Made by a program: the position numbers and the translations under genes. A model generated the notes under the pieces. It saw only the letters and a program-made list of their open reading frames with translations, was not told the origin of the DNA and searched no databases. 64,000 nt of DNA from assembly GCA_000092065.1 (NCBI GenBank), contig CP000593.1; one strand, given 5' to 3'. How positions within the stretch are numbered: position 1 is the first letter of the stretch; every line of letters starts with the position of its first letter. This stretch comes from Ostreococcus lucimarinus. Its lineage: Eukaryota. Positions 1 through 9,675 of the stretch are shown one piece after another.

Positions 1-717
1 CTCTCGCTCGACGCCGGCGTCGCCGTCTTCCTCAGCACCACTTCCATCTCTTGTTCCATTCCTAAATCTATGTTTTCGATCGCGCGCGCGCCCGTGGGCG
101 TCCCTCCTCGGCCTCGTCTCGCGTCCGCCCACTCGTCGTCGTCCTCGGCGAGGAGCGACCGCCAGAGTTCGGAGAACCATCCGCGCACCGTCGCCGGTGG
201 CGCCGTTCGTCGCGCCGGCGTCGTCGCGCTCGACGACCGCATCAACGGCGACGACTCGCCGCGACGCGCGGGCGTATTCGCGTCGTCCTTCGACGTCGAC
301 GCGTCGTCGACGACGCGACGGCGATTGGCGTAATCTTCATCTAAAAACAGCGACGCGAGCTCGTCTATGACGTCGGATGACGGCCGACGACGCGCATCGT
401 CTTCGTTCGCGTCGTCTGATGTCATCGTGTCGACGAACGACGGCGCTCGCGCGCCATGCGCGGCGACGATTGACGCCCCATTCGCGAGCGCGCGGGGCCG
501 AAACGGCGCTCGCTTCCGGCTCGACGCGAGTGAAATAATACGTCGATCGCTTATTACAACATCATTTGACGAATATAATGCAAAACAACACTCGACGACG
601 GCGCTCGCATCACCTCGCGGTGCCGCGCGCGCCGTCTACGAGGGCGACGTCTTGAGAAAGCCATCGGCGTCGCGTCGTCAAAACATTCGACTTTGCGAAC
701 GCTCACCATTGGAGCGC

Positions 718-1017
718 TTACGCGACGACGGCGGTGATGGCGTGGATGGTGGCGTTGTCAACCTTGATGTCGTTCTTCTTGTAGTTGAACGTGGACGTGG
801 CGACAGTCTTACCCGACACCATGGTGACCTCCGCCGGCATGTTCGCCGCGGTGAACGCGCCCTTGGCGACGTGGTTCAAGACGACGTCCTTGAGGCCGTC
901 GTAGGTCATGATTTCAACCTTGGACAAGCCTTGCGCCTTGCAGAAATCGGCGAACGCGTCATCGTTCGGCGCGAACACGGTGATCGGGCCCTCGCACGTG
1001 AATTCAGCCTCAACGCC
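718..1017 (-). CDS. Exon encoding a fasciclin (FAS1) domain; an upstream signal-peptide exon is presumably required
   Basis: The minus-strand translation is SGVEAEFTCEGPITVFAPNDDAF...LNHV...NATIHAITAVVA, a FAS1-domain signature. The frame is bounded by an upstream in-frame stop at 1018-1020 and opens with GTG, not ATG. It is therefore most likely an internal or last exon of a spliced gene. Confidence 0.45.
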   Translation of the reverse strand, partial: GVEAEFTCEGPITVFAPNDDAFADFCKAQGLSKVEIMTYDGLKDVVLNHVAKGAFTAANMPAEVTMVSGKTVATSTFNYKKNDIKVDNATIHAITAVVA

Positions 1018-2170
1018 GGACTACGATTCGTCAACGCGCTCAGTCAGTCACGGGCGTCATCATCGCGTCTTCTTTTCCGGGTGTTTCGCCACGCCCCGAC
1101 AGCGCCACCGCATCGCGCGCGCGCCCCCGTCTCGCGCCCGCGCGACGGTGCCGCCGTCCCGCGCGCGCGCTCCAATCGACGCGAAATAATTTTCCCATTC
1201 GTTCGCGCGCTCGCGCGCTCGCTCGCGCGCCCGCGCGCGCGCGCGACGACCCCTCATGCGATGCCGCGCGCGTCGATCGCTTATCCACACGCGGTCGCGC
1301 GCGCGCGGGTTTTCCGTCGACGCACCTTGGTGATCGCGGCGCCGAAGAGGGAGTACGACGCAGCCTTGGCGATCATACCGAACGCATCGTTGTTGTACGC
1401 GCGCTGTGCGATTCGGATCGATCCACCGTCGTCAGTCGCGCGCGCTTCGCGTCGTCGTCGGCGTCATCGTCGCGGTAATCATCATCATCGCGCGTCGCGT
1501 CGTCGTCGTCGTCGTGGACGCACCGCGCCTTCTTCGCCACCCTTGGAGTTACGGCGAACGATGGAGTTACCGCGCTTGGCGACGGTGTGCTTGGTCGTGG
1601 CGACGGCCTTGGCGGAGACGGTGAACTTTTGGGCGAGCATGGCGAATGTGTGCGTGAAAGAGTGCGGGGCGACGCGCGCGCGCGACGGCGCGGACGACGT
1701 GCGATCGCGCGTCCGATCGCGTCCGATCGTCGCATTGGAGATGCTTTCAGACCCATGTGTGCGCGCGCGAGTGGTGAAAAAATACCGCCCACCGAATCCG
1801 ACGTCGTGGCGCACTGAATGCGCATACGCGTGTGGGTATCGCCGAATGTCCGAACGACGCGTCGCGCCCGCGCGCGCGAATGCGCCGAAAGCGCCGCGCG
1901 CGGCAGAGCGCGCGCGACGACGGACGCGCGCGCTTCCGAGACGAGAGCGCGCGCGCGTCGAATAACGCGTTGAGAGGTTCGCGCGCGGAGGCGGGTCGCG
2001 CCCGCGCGGGCCGCGTCGAGCGACGCGCGCGGGACGCGGACGGATTTCGATTCGTTCGATTGCGATTCGTCGCGATTGCGTTTGGTCGGCGAATCGCGCG
2101 CGCGCGCGGGCGAATCGCGATCGAGCGCGGGACGCGCGCGCGGTGACGAAGGCGCGATCGCGCGGACGTC

Positions 2171-4762
2171 ATGGTGGCGATCGGGACGTCGAACAGCCGA
2201 GCGGGGGATAGCGAGGAGGCGCGCGTGCGCAAGCTCGTGCGGGACAGAAAGACCGCGAGCGCGGAGACGCGAAAGGCGAAGTCTCGAGGTCGAGGACGAT
2301 TGACGACGTCGCTGGCGTCGTTCAAGGAGTCCAGCGCGCGGGAAAACGATGGAGAGGGAGATGAGGATGAACAAAGCGGGTACGGGATTCTTTCGATTGA
2401 TAAGTTGATTTCGCTGTCGCCGACCGAGGCGGTGAAGCGGCTGGTGGCTTTCGGCGAGGATTTGAGGGGAAATTTCGTGGGATTGGCGGAACGCGCGGGG
2501 AGCGCGCGAGAGTGGGCGCGACAGGCGTGGCGCGATGGCGAGTTGTATCATCAATCGCTGGTGCAGATAGTGATACGTTTGGAGCATAAGCGGCTGTTGG
2601 ACGAGCGCAGGTTCGCCGCGCTCGATCAAGTTTACGCGCAGACGAGCAAGAATCCAGACGAAGCCGAGCTGAATGCCGCGATTGGCAAGTTTGATTCGAT
2701 CGTGCGGCGCTTCACGAGCGATCGCGAACACATCGACAATTTGTATCGGACAAAAGATGCGGCGGCGGAGGCTGCGAAGCGGGCGTACACGAAAGAGATG
2801 GAAAGCGCGATGAATGCGACGTCGCCGTCCGGCGAGTCGAATACGCCGAGGGATCGCCTCGGAGACGCGTACGGAGACGAGGACGACGATGTGTCCGAGG
2901 ATTTCACGGACGATGCAGAGAAGTCGCAAAACTCCGATGACGTCAGGTACGACGAGTTGGCGGAAGAGTTGAAGAACTCGCCCCTTTTACAAACGGCGAG
3001 CGGCAAGGTGGCGCGGTCCAAACTCACACACGCCGCGTCCGTGGACGATGGCCCTGCGTCGTCGTCGCGACAGCGCGATGATGCGCTCGCCGCAGCCGTC
3101 GAATCGGACGACACGATGACGCAAGTAGGGCGGAACTTGAGCGAAATTGCGAAAACAATGCTGAGCGAAGAAGAACCGTCAAAAGGGGAAGTTTCTAGAC
3201 GTCCAAACCTCGCGCCGATGCTCGGCAAGAGTTTGAGCTTCTACTCCTCAACGTCGGTCAACGATGACAACGACGCGCGTAACGTGCTCAGTTCGTTTGG
3301 ACGTACGGTGAACGAACTGTCAGATAAGGAGTTGCGTTCGACCATCGTTCGACTGGTGCGAAGTTCGATTTGGAACGCGTTTGAAAACGTCACCTCTTCG
3401 CCCTTTGCGTACTGGCTCGCCGTGTTTTACATCACGCTCATCTTTGCATCGTCGCTTTCGTTTTGCATTGAGACGTTGCCGGAATACAAAAATGGCAAGT
3501 CCAAGAACGTGTTCTACGGTATCGAGTTATTCTCAGTCATCATGTTTACGATTGAGTACGTCTTGCGGTCGCTGTGTTGTCCAAACTATCGAAAGTTTGT
3601 CAGGCAACCTCTGAACGTGGTTGATTTGTGCGCCATTCTTCCGTTTTATCTCGAAGCTATTTTTCCGCTTTCGGTATCCAGTCTTCAGATTATTCGTACG
3701 ATTCGTTTGGTGAGAGTGCTGCGAATCGTCCGGCTTGGGGTGAAATTCGGACGCTTATCCATCATCGGATCGTCGATCAGGGAATGCATCGACATGCTGT
3801 TGGTTTCGCTCGCCATCGGTTCAGTGTGCACGGTGATTTTTTCGACGCTCATCTACTATGCTGAACACGGCGATTACGTGGCGAGCTTGGACATTTACGC
3901 GCGGAGAACGGACGTTTATTGTGAAGGACTGAGCCAGAGCGTCACATCTATCTATCAAAGCGACGGTACGCTTGTGAGTGGATGCACGCACGTGGAGAGC
4001 CCGTACAAGAGCATCCCCGCGAGCTTCTGGTGGTGCATGGTGACATTGATGACAGTCGGCTATGGCGACCACGTGCCGGCGACAGGTTGGGGTAAACTTG
4101 TGGCGTGTCTCACAATGGTGACGTCGGTATTATTATTAGCCTTGCCGATTTCAGTCATCGGCACAGAGTTCACTCGTCAGTGGCTCAATTATAAAGTCGA
4201 CTCCGAGTTCGAAAGGGATAAAAAAACCGTCACGCCGAGGTGTTACAGATTGTTCAAAGCGTTAAAGGAGCAAACCCGCAACGCACAAGACGCGCAACAG
4301 GACTTGCGTCAAAGAGCTTTAGATTTGGACGATCGAGTGCAGACTATAAAGGCGCTCGTGTCTCGTAGAAACGCTGAGACCGCCTTTCTTCATAGAAAAA
4401 TTGCCGGTCGTTCGACGTTTTCGACGTCGGGCATGGAAAAAGTGCAAGGGGCGCTCGACATGGATGACTTGGATAGCGAGATGCATCAAATGTTCATGAG
4501 CCACAGAGATTACAGAGCGACCGCGCGCGAAGTAAAAACTATTTGGAGTGGGCATAAGCTCCTAAAGTTTACCGAGTTCCTGATCTCCGCTGAGCACGTT
4601 TTGGACGGGTTGTGCAATGACGATTACGACATGGTGACCCAGGAGTTGGACTCGTTATTCTTTGACGTGTGGCGCGCGCGTGCAAAGTTGGCGGCGACGT
4701 TCGGAAATGAACGACGAGGGACTGCCGCTCCGGCGAGTGTCGCGACTGAGGGCGGCGCGTGA
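2171..4762 (+). CDS. Voltage-gated (Shaker/Kv-like) 6TM potassium channel with a long hydrophilic N-terminus and a C-terminal coiled coil
   Basis: ATG at 2171. S1-S6 hydrophobic segments are present. S4 voltage sensor IIRTIRLVRVLRIVRLGVKFGRL has Arg at every third position. The pore has the TVGYGD selectivity filter. S5 and the pore are separated by an unusually long loop (YYAEHGDYVASLDIYARRTDVYCEGLSQSVTSIYQSDGTLVSGCTHVESPYKSIP). Confidence 0.8.
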   Translation: MVAIGTSNSRAGDSEEARVRKLVRDRKTASAETRKAKSRGRGRLTTSLASFKESSARENDGEGDEDEQSGYGILSIDKLISLSPTEAVKRLVAFGEDLRGNFVGLAERAGSAREWARQAWRDGELYHQSLVQIVIRLEHKRLLDERRFAALDQVYAQTSKNPDEAELNAAIGKFDSIVRRFTSDREHIDNLYRTKDAAAEAAKRAYTKEMESAMNATSPSGESNTPRDRLGDAYGDEDDDVSEDFTDDAEKSQNSDDVRYDELAEELKNSPLLQTASGKVARSKLTHAASVDDGPASSSRQRDDALAAAVESDDTMTQVGRNLSEIAKTMLSEEEPSKGEVSRRPNLAPMLGKSLSFYSSTSVNDDNDARNVLSSFGRTVNELSDKELRSTIVRLVRSSIWNAFENVTSSPFAYWLAVFYITLIFASSLSFCIETLPEYKNGKSKNVFYGIELFSVIMFTIEYVLRSLCCPNYRKFVRQPLNVVDLCAILPFYLEAIFPLSVSSLQIIRTIRLVRVLRIVRLGVKFGRLSIIGSSIRECIDMLLVSLAIGSVCTVIFSTLIYYAEHGDYVASLDIYARRTDVYCEGLSQSVTSIYQSDGTLVSGCTHVESPYKSIPASFWWCMVTLMTVGYGDHVPATGWGKLVACLTMVTSVLLLALPISVIGTEFTRQWLNYKVDSEFERDKKTVTPRCYRLFKALKEQTRNAQDAQQDLRQRALDLDDRVQTIKALVSRRNAETAFLHRKIAGRSTFSTSGMEKVQGALDMDDLDSEMHQMFMSHRDYRATAREVKTIWSGHKLLKFTEFLISAEHVLDGLCNDDYDMVTQELDSLFFDVWRARAKLAATFGNERRGTAAPASVATEGGA

Positions 4763-4816
4763 GGAGATAAGTACCGTAGTATTAATTAATATCAACGCAA
4801 CAACGCGACTTTGCTT

Positions 4817-6541
4817 TCACAGCGCGTACAAGGCGATGCGCGTCGGTCCTTCACCCGACGGGTTTTTGACGCGATACTCGAGCGACACGTCGTAAGCACG
4901 CGGTCTGGACTTTGATTTAACCATAGATATTCTTCCCACGATGGAGTCCGTCGCTTGATCGCCCAACGTGATCGGTTCGCGGAAGTGAAGCATCGTTTGC
5001 ACCCAGTGCGTCTTTTTCGCCTCCGGGCTCGTCGACAACATCACGGCGAGGTCGGCGCAAAATCTCTTTGAAAACTCAGTGTCAAACCACAACACGATGC
5101 CGTGAGTTTCTTCCCCTATACGACCGTCTTTCGCCGACAACGAAAATTCCGTGGTGAACTCTGTGTCGGCGATGGAACACGTGGCGAGGTCGAGCTCGCA
5201 CACTTGCGAACCGGACGTCGTCAAGCGCGCGCCGTCTACGTGCGTCACCACCGCCGTCTTCATCGCGCCCTGAAACAGCTGCTTCTTGATTTCTGGCATC
5301 TCGAACCCGTACACGTCCTCCCAAAACGGGAAGTCAGTAGCCTTGCGATCGAAACCAGCGATATGAATCGTGGCTATGTCGGGCAACACCGCGCCCCCGG
5401 GCTTTAAAAAGCGATTCCTCGCCACGAGGACGGTGTCGAGCATTGACTCGAAAAGCAAACCGTAGCCCATCCATTCGGAAACCAACACATCAAACGGTGC
5501 ACCTGGAATATCACCTTCTATATCTTCCAATTTCCCGTAAACTATTTGAATGCGATCGCTAAATCCATTGTGCTTCACGTTTGCCTTGGCGACTTCGGCG
5601 ATGTGCTTGGCGCCGTCGACTCCGACGACGGCGCTCGCGCCCCCTCTGGCGGCAAACATGCTTAAAATCCCCGTCCCACACCCAATATCGAGAACACGTT
5701 TCCCTTGGATGAGCGTCGGGTTCTTTTCGAGCGCGTCTCTGTACGCATCCGTGCGCGCGGTGTCCCCGATCATGTCGCGATGAATGTCAAAGTAGGAGTA
5801 CGAGTCAAAGTACCCGTCGTCGACCTCTTGCTTCAGTCTCTCCTCCGCCGTCGTCGGCGCGCGTCGTCGACTCGTCGCCGGCATCGACACCATCGATTCA
5901 GCGGCGCTCTTCTTCACCGCCGCCGACGTCCCTCGACCGAGCGTCTCCGTTCCCTCGGCGACGACTGGCGAAAACGCCTCCGCCACGCTCGCCTCGTCCA
6001 CCATCCCCGCCGCCGTCATCACCTCACACAATCGCACCCTCAGCGCCTCGTTCTCGACTCGCAACTTTCGCGCCATTTCCTCCTTCGACGGCGTTCCGTC
6101 CTCGTCTTCCCCGTCCTCGTTCTCTTCCTCTTCCTCTTCCTCTTCCTCTCGTCCCTCCACGTACGCCTCCCATCCGAAGAGCGCCCCGTCGTCCTCCAGC
6201 GTCGGCTTCAGGTACGCGTCGTCGTCCCACGCCCGCGCCTTCGCCCCCGCTCGAATCGCCTCAACCATCGCTTCCTTCGTCATCGTCCCTCGCTTTTTCT
6301 CCGCCTCCGCGCGCACGTAATTCAACCACTTCACGACGTCGTAGTGCGCCTCCTCGCACCCGCGTCCCCGCGCGACGTCTCGCGCGTCCAGCCCGTGCGC
6401 GTCCCGCGCTCGCCGCAGCGCCGCCGTCGCGCTCGCGTGCGCGACGTCGGCGTCGATCAGGTCGCGCACCGCGTCCTCGAGCGCGTCGTCCTCGCCGTCG
6501 TCGTACGCGTCGGCGTCGTCGTCGTCGCTCGAGCGCGACAT
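4817..6541 (-). CDS. Type I protein arginine N-methyltransferase (PRMT1/3-like) with an acidic/poly-Glu N-terminal extension
   Basis: AdoMet motif I is VLDIGCGTGILSMFAARGGA, followed by the double-E loop region. The C-terminal THW loop (KKTHWVQT) is present. Start is taken as the first non-low-complexity ATG, complement of 6539-6541 (MSRSSDDDD...). The ORF-track extension to 7471 is an R-rich GC artefact. Confidence 0.85.
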   Translation of the reverse strand: MSRSSDDDDADAYDDGEDDALEDAVRDLIDADVAHASATAALRRARDAHGLDARDVARGRGCEEAHYDVVKWLNYVRAEAEKKRGTMTKEAMVEAIRAGAKARAWDDDAYLKPTLEDDGALFGWEAYVEGREEEEEEEEENEDGEDEDGTPSKEEMARKLRVENEALRVRLCEVMTAAGMVDEASVAEAFSPVVAEGTETLGRGTSAAVKKSAAESMVSMPATSRRRAPTTAEERLKQEVDDGYFDSYSYFDIHRDMIGDTARTDAYRDALEKNPTLIQGKRVLDIGCGTGILSMFAARGGASAVVGVDGAKHIAEVAKANVKHNGFSDRIQIVYGKLEDIEGDIPGAPFDVLVSEWMGYGLLFESMLDTVLVARNRFLKPGGAVLPDIATIHIAGFDRKATDFPFWEDVYGFEMPEIKKQLFQGAMKTAVVTHVDGARLTTSGSQVCELDLATCSIADTEFTTEFSLSAKDGRIGEETHGIVLWFDTEFSKRFCADLAVMLSTSPEAKKTHWVQTMLHFREPITLGDQATDSIVGRISMVKSKSRPRAYDVSLEYRVKNPSGEGPTRIALYAL

Positions 6542-6982
6542 GGCGGCGGCGACGAAACGACGCGCTCGAGGACGACGCGCGGGATCACGAGCGGTCGCGC
6601 GTCGACGCGCGACGCGCGCGGCGCCGGTCTCGCGATTCGCGCGCGCGTCGGCGTCGCGTCGCGCGTCGATCGGCGCGCGGCGGTGTGGCGACGGCGGCGC
6701 CACTCGTCGGCGCGAATCGCGCGCGCGCGACGCGCGCGATGGACGCGGCGCGCGCGAAGCGGCGCGAGCGGGCGCACAAACTGCGCGCGCGCGATCACGA
6801 GGCGCGTGACGGCGCGCGCGACGCGACGCGAGGGCGACGCGTTCGGGAATTCGCGACGCGGCTGGGATTTCGCGACGACGCGCGGGGACGCGGGCGCGAC
6901 GAAAGGATCGAGGCGCGCGACGGCGCGAGCGCGCGACTGACGAGGGCGAAAGATTCGCGCGCGCGCGCAGAACGACGCGCAC
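6542..6982. promoter_or_regulatory. Putative bidirectional promoter region between divergent PRMT (-) and SWI3-like (+) genes
   Basis: Head-to-head gene arrangement with about 440 bp between them. Only positional inference. Confidence 0.25.
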
Positions 6983-9616
6983 TTGAAGAGGCTGGATGCG
7001 ATTTTGGGTCGATTGCGGCGCGCGCAGCCGACGCTCTCGGCGACGTTCGACGCGGCGGCGCTGTCGAAACAGATCCAACGCCTGCTGACGGCGGAGGATA
7101 AGGTGCTGGGAAGCGGTGGATGCGGAGAGACGTCGACGTCGGGACGCGGACGGCGAGATGGGTGCGTGCGGGTGCCGCACGAATTGTGGCGAGACGCGAC
7201 GCCGCGAGGGGCGCTGTTCGAGGCGCTGCAGACGTACGTGGAGTGGCGACGGGAGGGGAAGCTGGCGAAGGACGCGAGCGATGACGACGGGCGCGAAGAG
7301 TTCGAGGGATACTTTCGAGCGGTGCGGGAAAAGTTGATCGAGCGCGGACATTTGGGGTTTGTGAAAATTTACATCGCCGACGACGTGGAACGCGCGAGGG
7401 AATTGAAGACGCTGGCGAGGGCGATGCGGGCGACGTTGGCGGCGTCCGCGGATGAGCCAGGGGTGACGCACGTCCTACGCACGGATGATTCGGTGAATGA
7501 CGACGAGATCGAGGACGGCGCGTTGTGGCGAATCACGGAGACGAGAGTGGCGACGTCGAGTGGAAAGACGGAGCAAAGGTTACACTTTTGGTTTTATCCG
7601 GATTCGTACGACGCCTGGTACGCGGATTCGTCGATTAGTGGTAAGGGGAAAGCGCCGTGGGCGCCGGAGACGAGCGTGATTTTGAGAAATAAAGCGGAGA
7701 AGAGAAACGACCTGCCGCACAACGTGCGCGCGCGATGGTTGCGCGACAGTCACACGTTTAACGAGTGGATGAACGAGCTCGATTACGAGTACGACGTGAC
7801 GCGCGAAATGTTGAGCGCGCCGCGGCACGCGTGGGATCCATCGAACGCGCCACAAAACAAACGCGCGCGTGCGCCCGAAAACTTTGAGGGTGATGCCGAA
7901 ATTCTCGCTCCAGGAGAAGAGGAACGCGTGCCGTGGGGGTTTGCCGTCACGCGTCGTCGCGTCGTTCGCGCGCATCCAGTCGTCGCGGCGGCGGCGAGTC
8001 AAGACGACGGCGCACTCGTCTTGCAAGACGACGAAGAACTAATCACGAAAGAGTTCATGATTGCGAAAACGCTACGCATGCAGAATATCTCGGTGGATCA
8101 GTTGCCGTGGAATGCGACGCCGTCAATGCGCAAAGCCGAGCGTAAAGCCGAGCCTTTAACGGAGTACAGAGTGCCGACGCACAGCGCTTGGTTCAAATGG
8201 GGCGAAGTTCACGCCATCGAAAGACGTGCGTTGCCAGAATTCTTCGACGATGATGACACGTGTCAAAAGTACATCGCGTGTCGAAACGAAATCATGAATC
8301 AGTTTCGCTTCAAAGGCCAAGAGGTTACGTTGCATGAAGTGTCTTCGTCAAGAACGACAAAAAATATTGTCGACGCCGCCGCGCATCAGAGAATTTTCTC
8401 ATTTCTCGAGCAGTGGGGATTGATTAATTGGCAATTCACATCCGGACGTGATGTGATTGACTTGAAACAAAAACCTCTCGCCGCGTGGCGTCGCATCGTC
8501 ACTGGCGAGGATGGCGCGGCGCGTGTCGAGAAGACGGATCCCTTAGCCGCCTTCAAAGGGACGTTGTTCGAGTTTTCGAAATGTCGTGCGACGACTGCGA
8601 GTGGTTTACACCCGCTCGAACCGCAGTCGAGATATGCGCCGTCTTCGGAAACGCAACTCGAGCGTCAATCTTTGGATGCGTTGTTTGCCTCTCACGACGC
8701 GCTGTCAAAGCGTGGGGTCGACGTCAAGTTTGCGTGCAACGCGTGCGGCGCTGATTTAAAGAGCACTGGCGTTTTTTACCACGCGTTTCTCACGCGTGAT
8801 TTTGATTTGTGCCCATCGTGCTTTTCCAAAGGCGTGTACCCGCACGGCCAAGCGAGCGGCGACTTTGTCAAGGCAATGTACCCAGACTTTCACGCCGAAG
8901 CCGTCTCGGCGGACGAAATCGTCGACGACGCCGAGTGGACGCCGCAGGAGGTCGCCGCCCTGCTCGATGCAATTTCGCAGTCGAATGAGTTAAATTGGAA
9001 CGATATTGCTTCTGCGGTCGGGACAAAGAGCGAGGATGAGTGCTTGAAGCACTTCGCGCGCATGCCCATCGAAGACGCCGCGATTGAAAACATAGAGCGC
9101 GAGTTACTTGTGCCGCGCGGCGCCATCATCGATGATGAGGGAGCCAAGATCCTCGATCCTGTGCCTTTCTCATTCGCCCCAAACCCCACGATGGCTCAGC
9201 TCGAGTTTTTGGTGAGCATGATCTCCCCTCGCGTCGCCGCTGCGTCGGCGAAAGCCGCGCTGACGAAAATCGCGCTCGGCGGGTCGCTCGACGCCGCCGA
9301 CCTCAACGTCGACGGTCTCGCCGCTGCCGCCATTCAAGCCAAGATCCTGGCCCAAGACGAAGAACACGAAGTTCATCGCATCATCGCCAGTGCTCTGGAC
9401 GTCTTGCTGAAAAAGCTCGAAATTAAGCTCAGATTCCTCGGCCGACTGGTCGACGACGAGCCGGAGACGGCGAGCCGTCTCGCCAAGCTTCGAGAGGAGT
9501 CCGCGCGCAATCGAACGAACGATCTGTACACGCGCGACGTGCAATCCGCGCGACACAAGGAACACATAGCCACGATTCATCGTTTACGACAGCAGCTCGC
9601 CGGTCTGTCGTCTTAG
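6983..9616 (+). CDS. SWI/SNF complex subunit SWI3/SMARCC-like (SWIRM + ZZ zinc finger + SANT + C-terminal coiled coil)
   Basis: SWIRM domain: EYRVPTHSAWFKWGEVHAIERRALPEFF...YIACRNEIMNQF. ZZ finger: CNACGADLKSTGVFYHAFLTRDFDLCPSCFSKGVYPHG. SANT: WTPQEVAALLDAISQSNELNWNDIASAV. C-terminal coiled coil. The ORF opens with TTG at 6983 and the first in-frame ATG is about 440 nt downstream. The true 5' end is therefore uncertain, and may be an upstream exon or a non-AUG start. Confidence 0.7.
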   Translation: MKRLDAILGRLRRAQPTLSATFDAAALSKQIQRLLTAEDKVLGSGGCGETSTSGRGRRDGCVRVPHELWRDATPRGALFEALQTYVEWRREGKLAKDASDDDGREEFEGYFRAVREKLIERGHLGFVKIYIADDVERARELKTLARAMRATLAASADEPGVTHVLRTDDSVNDDEIEDGALWRITETRVATSSGKTEQRLHFWFYPDSYDAWYADSSISGKGKAPWAPETSVILRNKAEKRNDLPHNVRARWLRDSHTFNEWMNELDYEYDVTREMLSAPRHAWDPSNAPQNKRARAPENFEGDAEILAPGEEERVPWGFAVTRRRVVRAHPVVAAAASQDDGALVLQDDEELITKEFMIAKTLRMQNISVDQLPWNATPSMRKAERKAEPLTEYRVPTHSAWFKWGEVHAIERRALPEFFDDDDTCQKYIACRNEIMNQFRFKGQEVTLHEVSSSRTTKNIVDAAAHQRIFSFLEQWGLINWQFTSGRDVIDLKQKPLAAWRRIVTGEDGAARVEKTDPLAAFKGTLFEFSKCRATTASGLHPLEPQSRYAPSSETQLERQSLDALFASHDALSKRGVDVKFACNACGADLKSTGVFYHAFLTRDFDLCPSCFSKGVYPHGQASGDFVKAMYPDFHAEAVSADEIVDDAEWTPQEVAALLDAISQSNELNWNDIASAVGTKSEDECLKHFARMPIEDAAIENIERELLVPRGAIIDDEGAKILDPVPFSFAPNPTMAQLEFLVSMISPRVAAASAKAALTKIALGGSLDAADLNVDGLAAAAIQAKILAQDEEHEVHRIIASALDVLLKKLEIKLRFLGRLVDDEPETASRLAKLREESARNRTNDLYTRDVQSARHKEHIATIHRLRQQLAGLSS

Positions 9617-9675
9617 TCGCCTCGCGCTTGCAGCAACAAAGCCGTAAGCCGTCACAACTCGCCTCGCCTCGAAAC

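Noticed and set aside
367-1965. 532-aa plus-strand ORF, and many similar long ORFs elsewhere. Examples are 1373..2929 (-), 5705..6940 (+), 9652..10482 (-), 13165..14947 (+), 15084..16600 (-), 18016..19589, 21220..22698 (+), 27354..28442 (-), 38562..39383 (+), 39508..40617 (-), 42913..44413, 47775..49148 (+) and 56842..58192 (-).
   Set aside because: Their translations are Arg/Ala/Pro/Ser-rich low-complexity strings with no domain-like structure. They lie antisense to, or out of frame with, well-supported genes. In DNA this GC-rich, stop codons (TAA/TAG/TGA) are rare, so long open frames arise by chance on all six frames.
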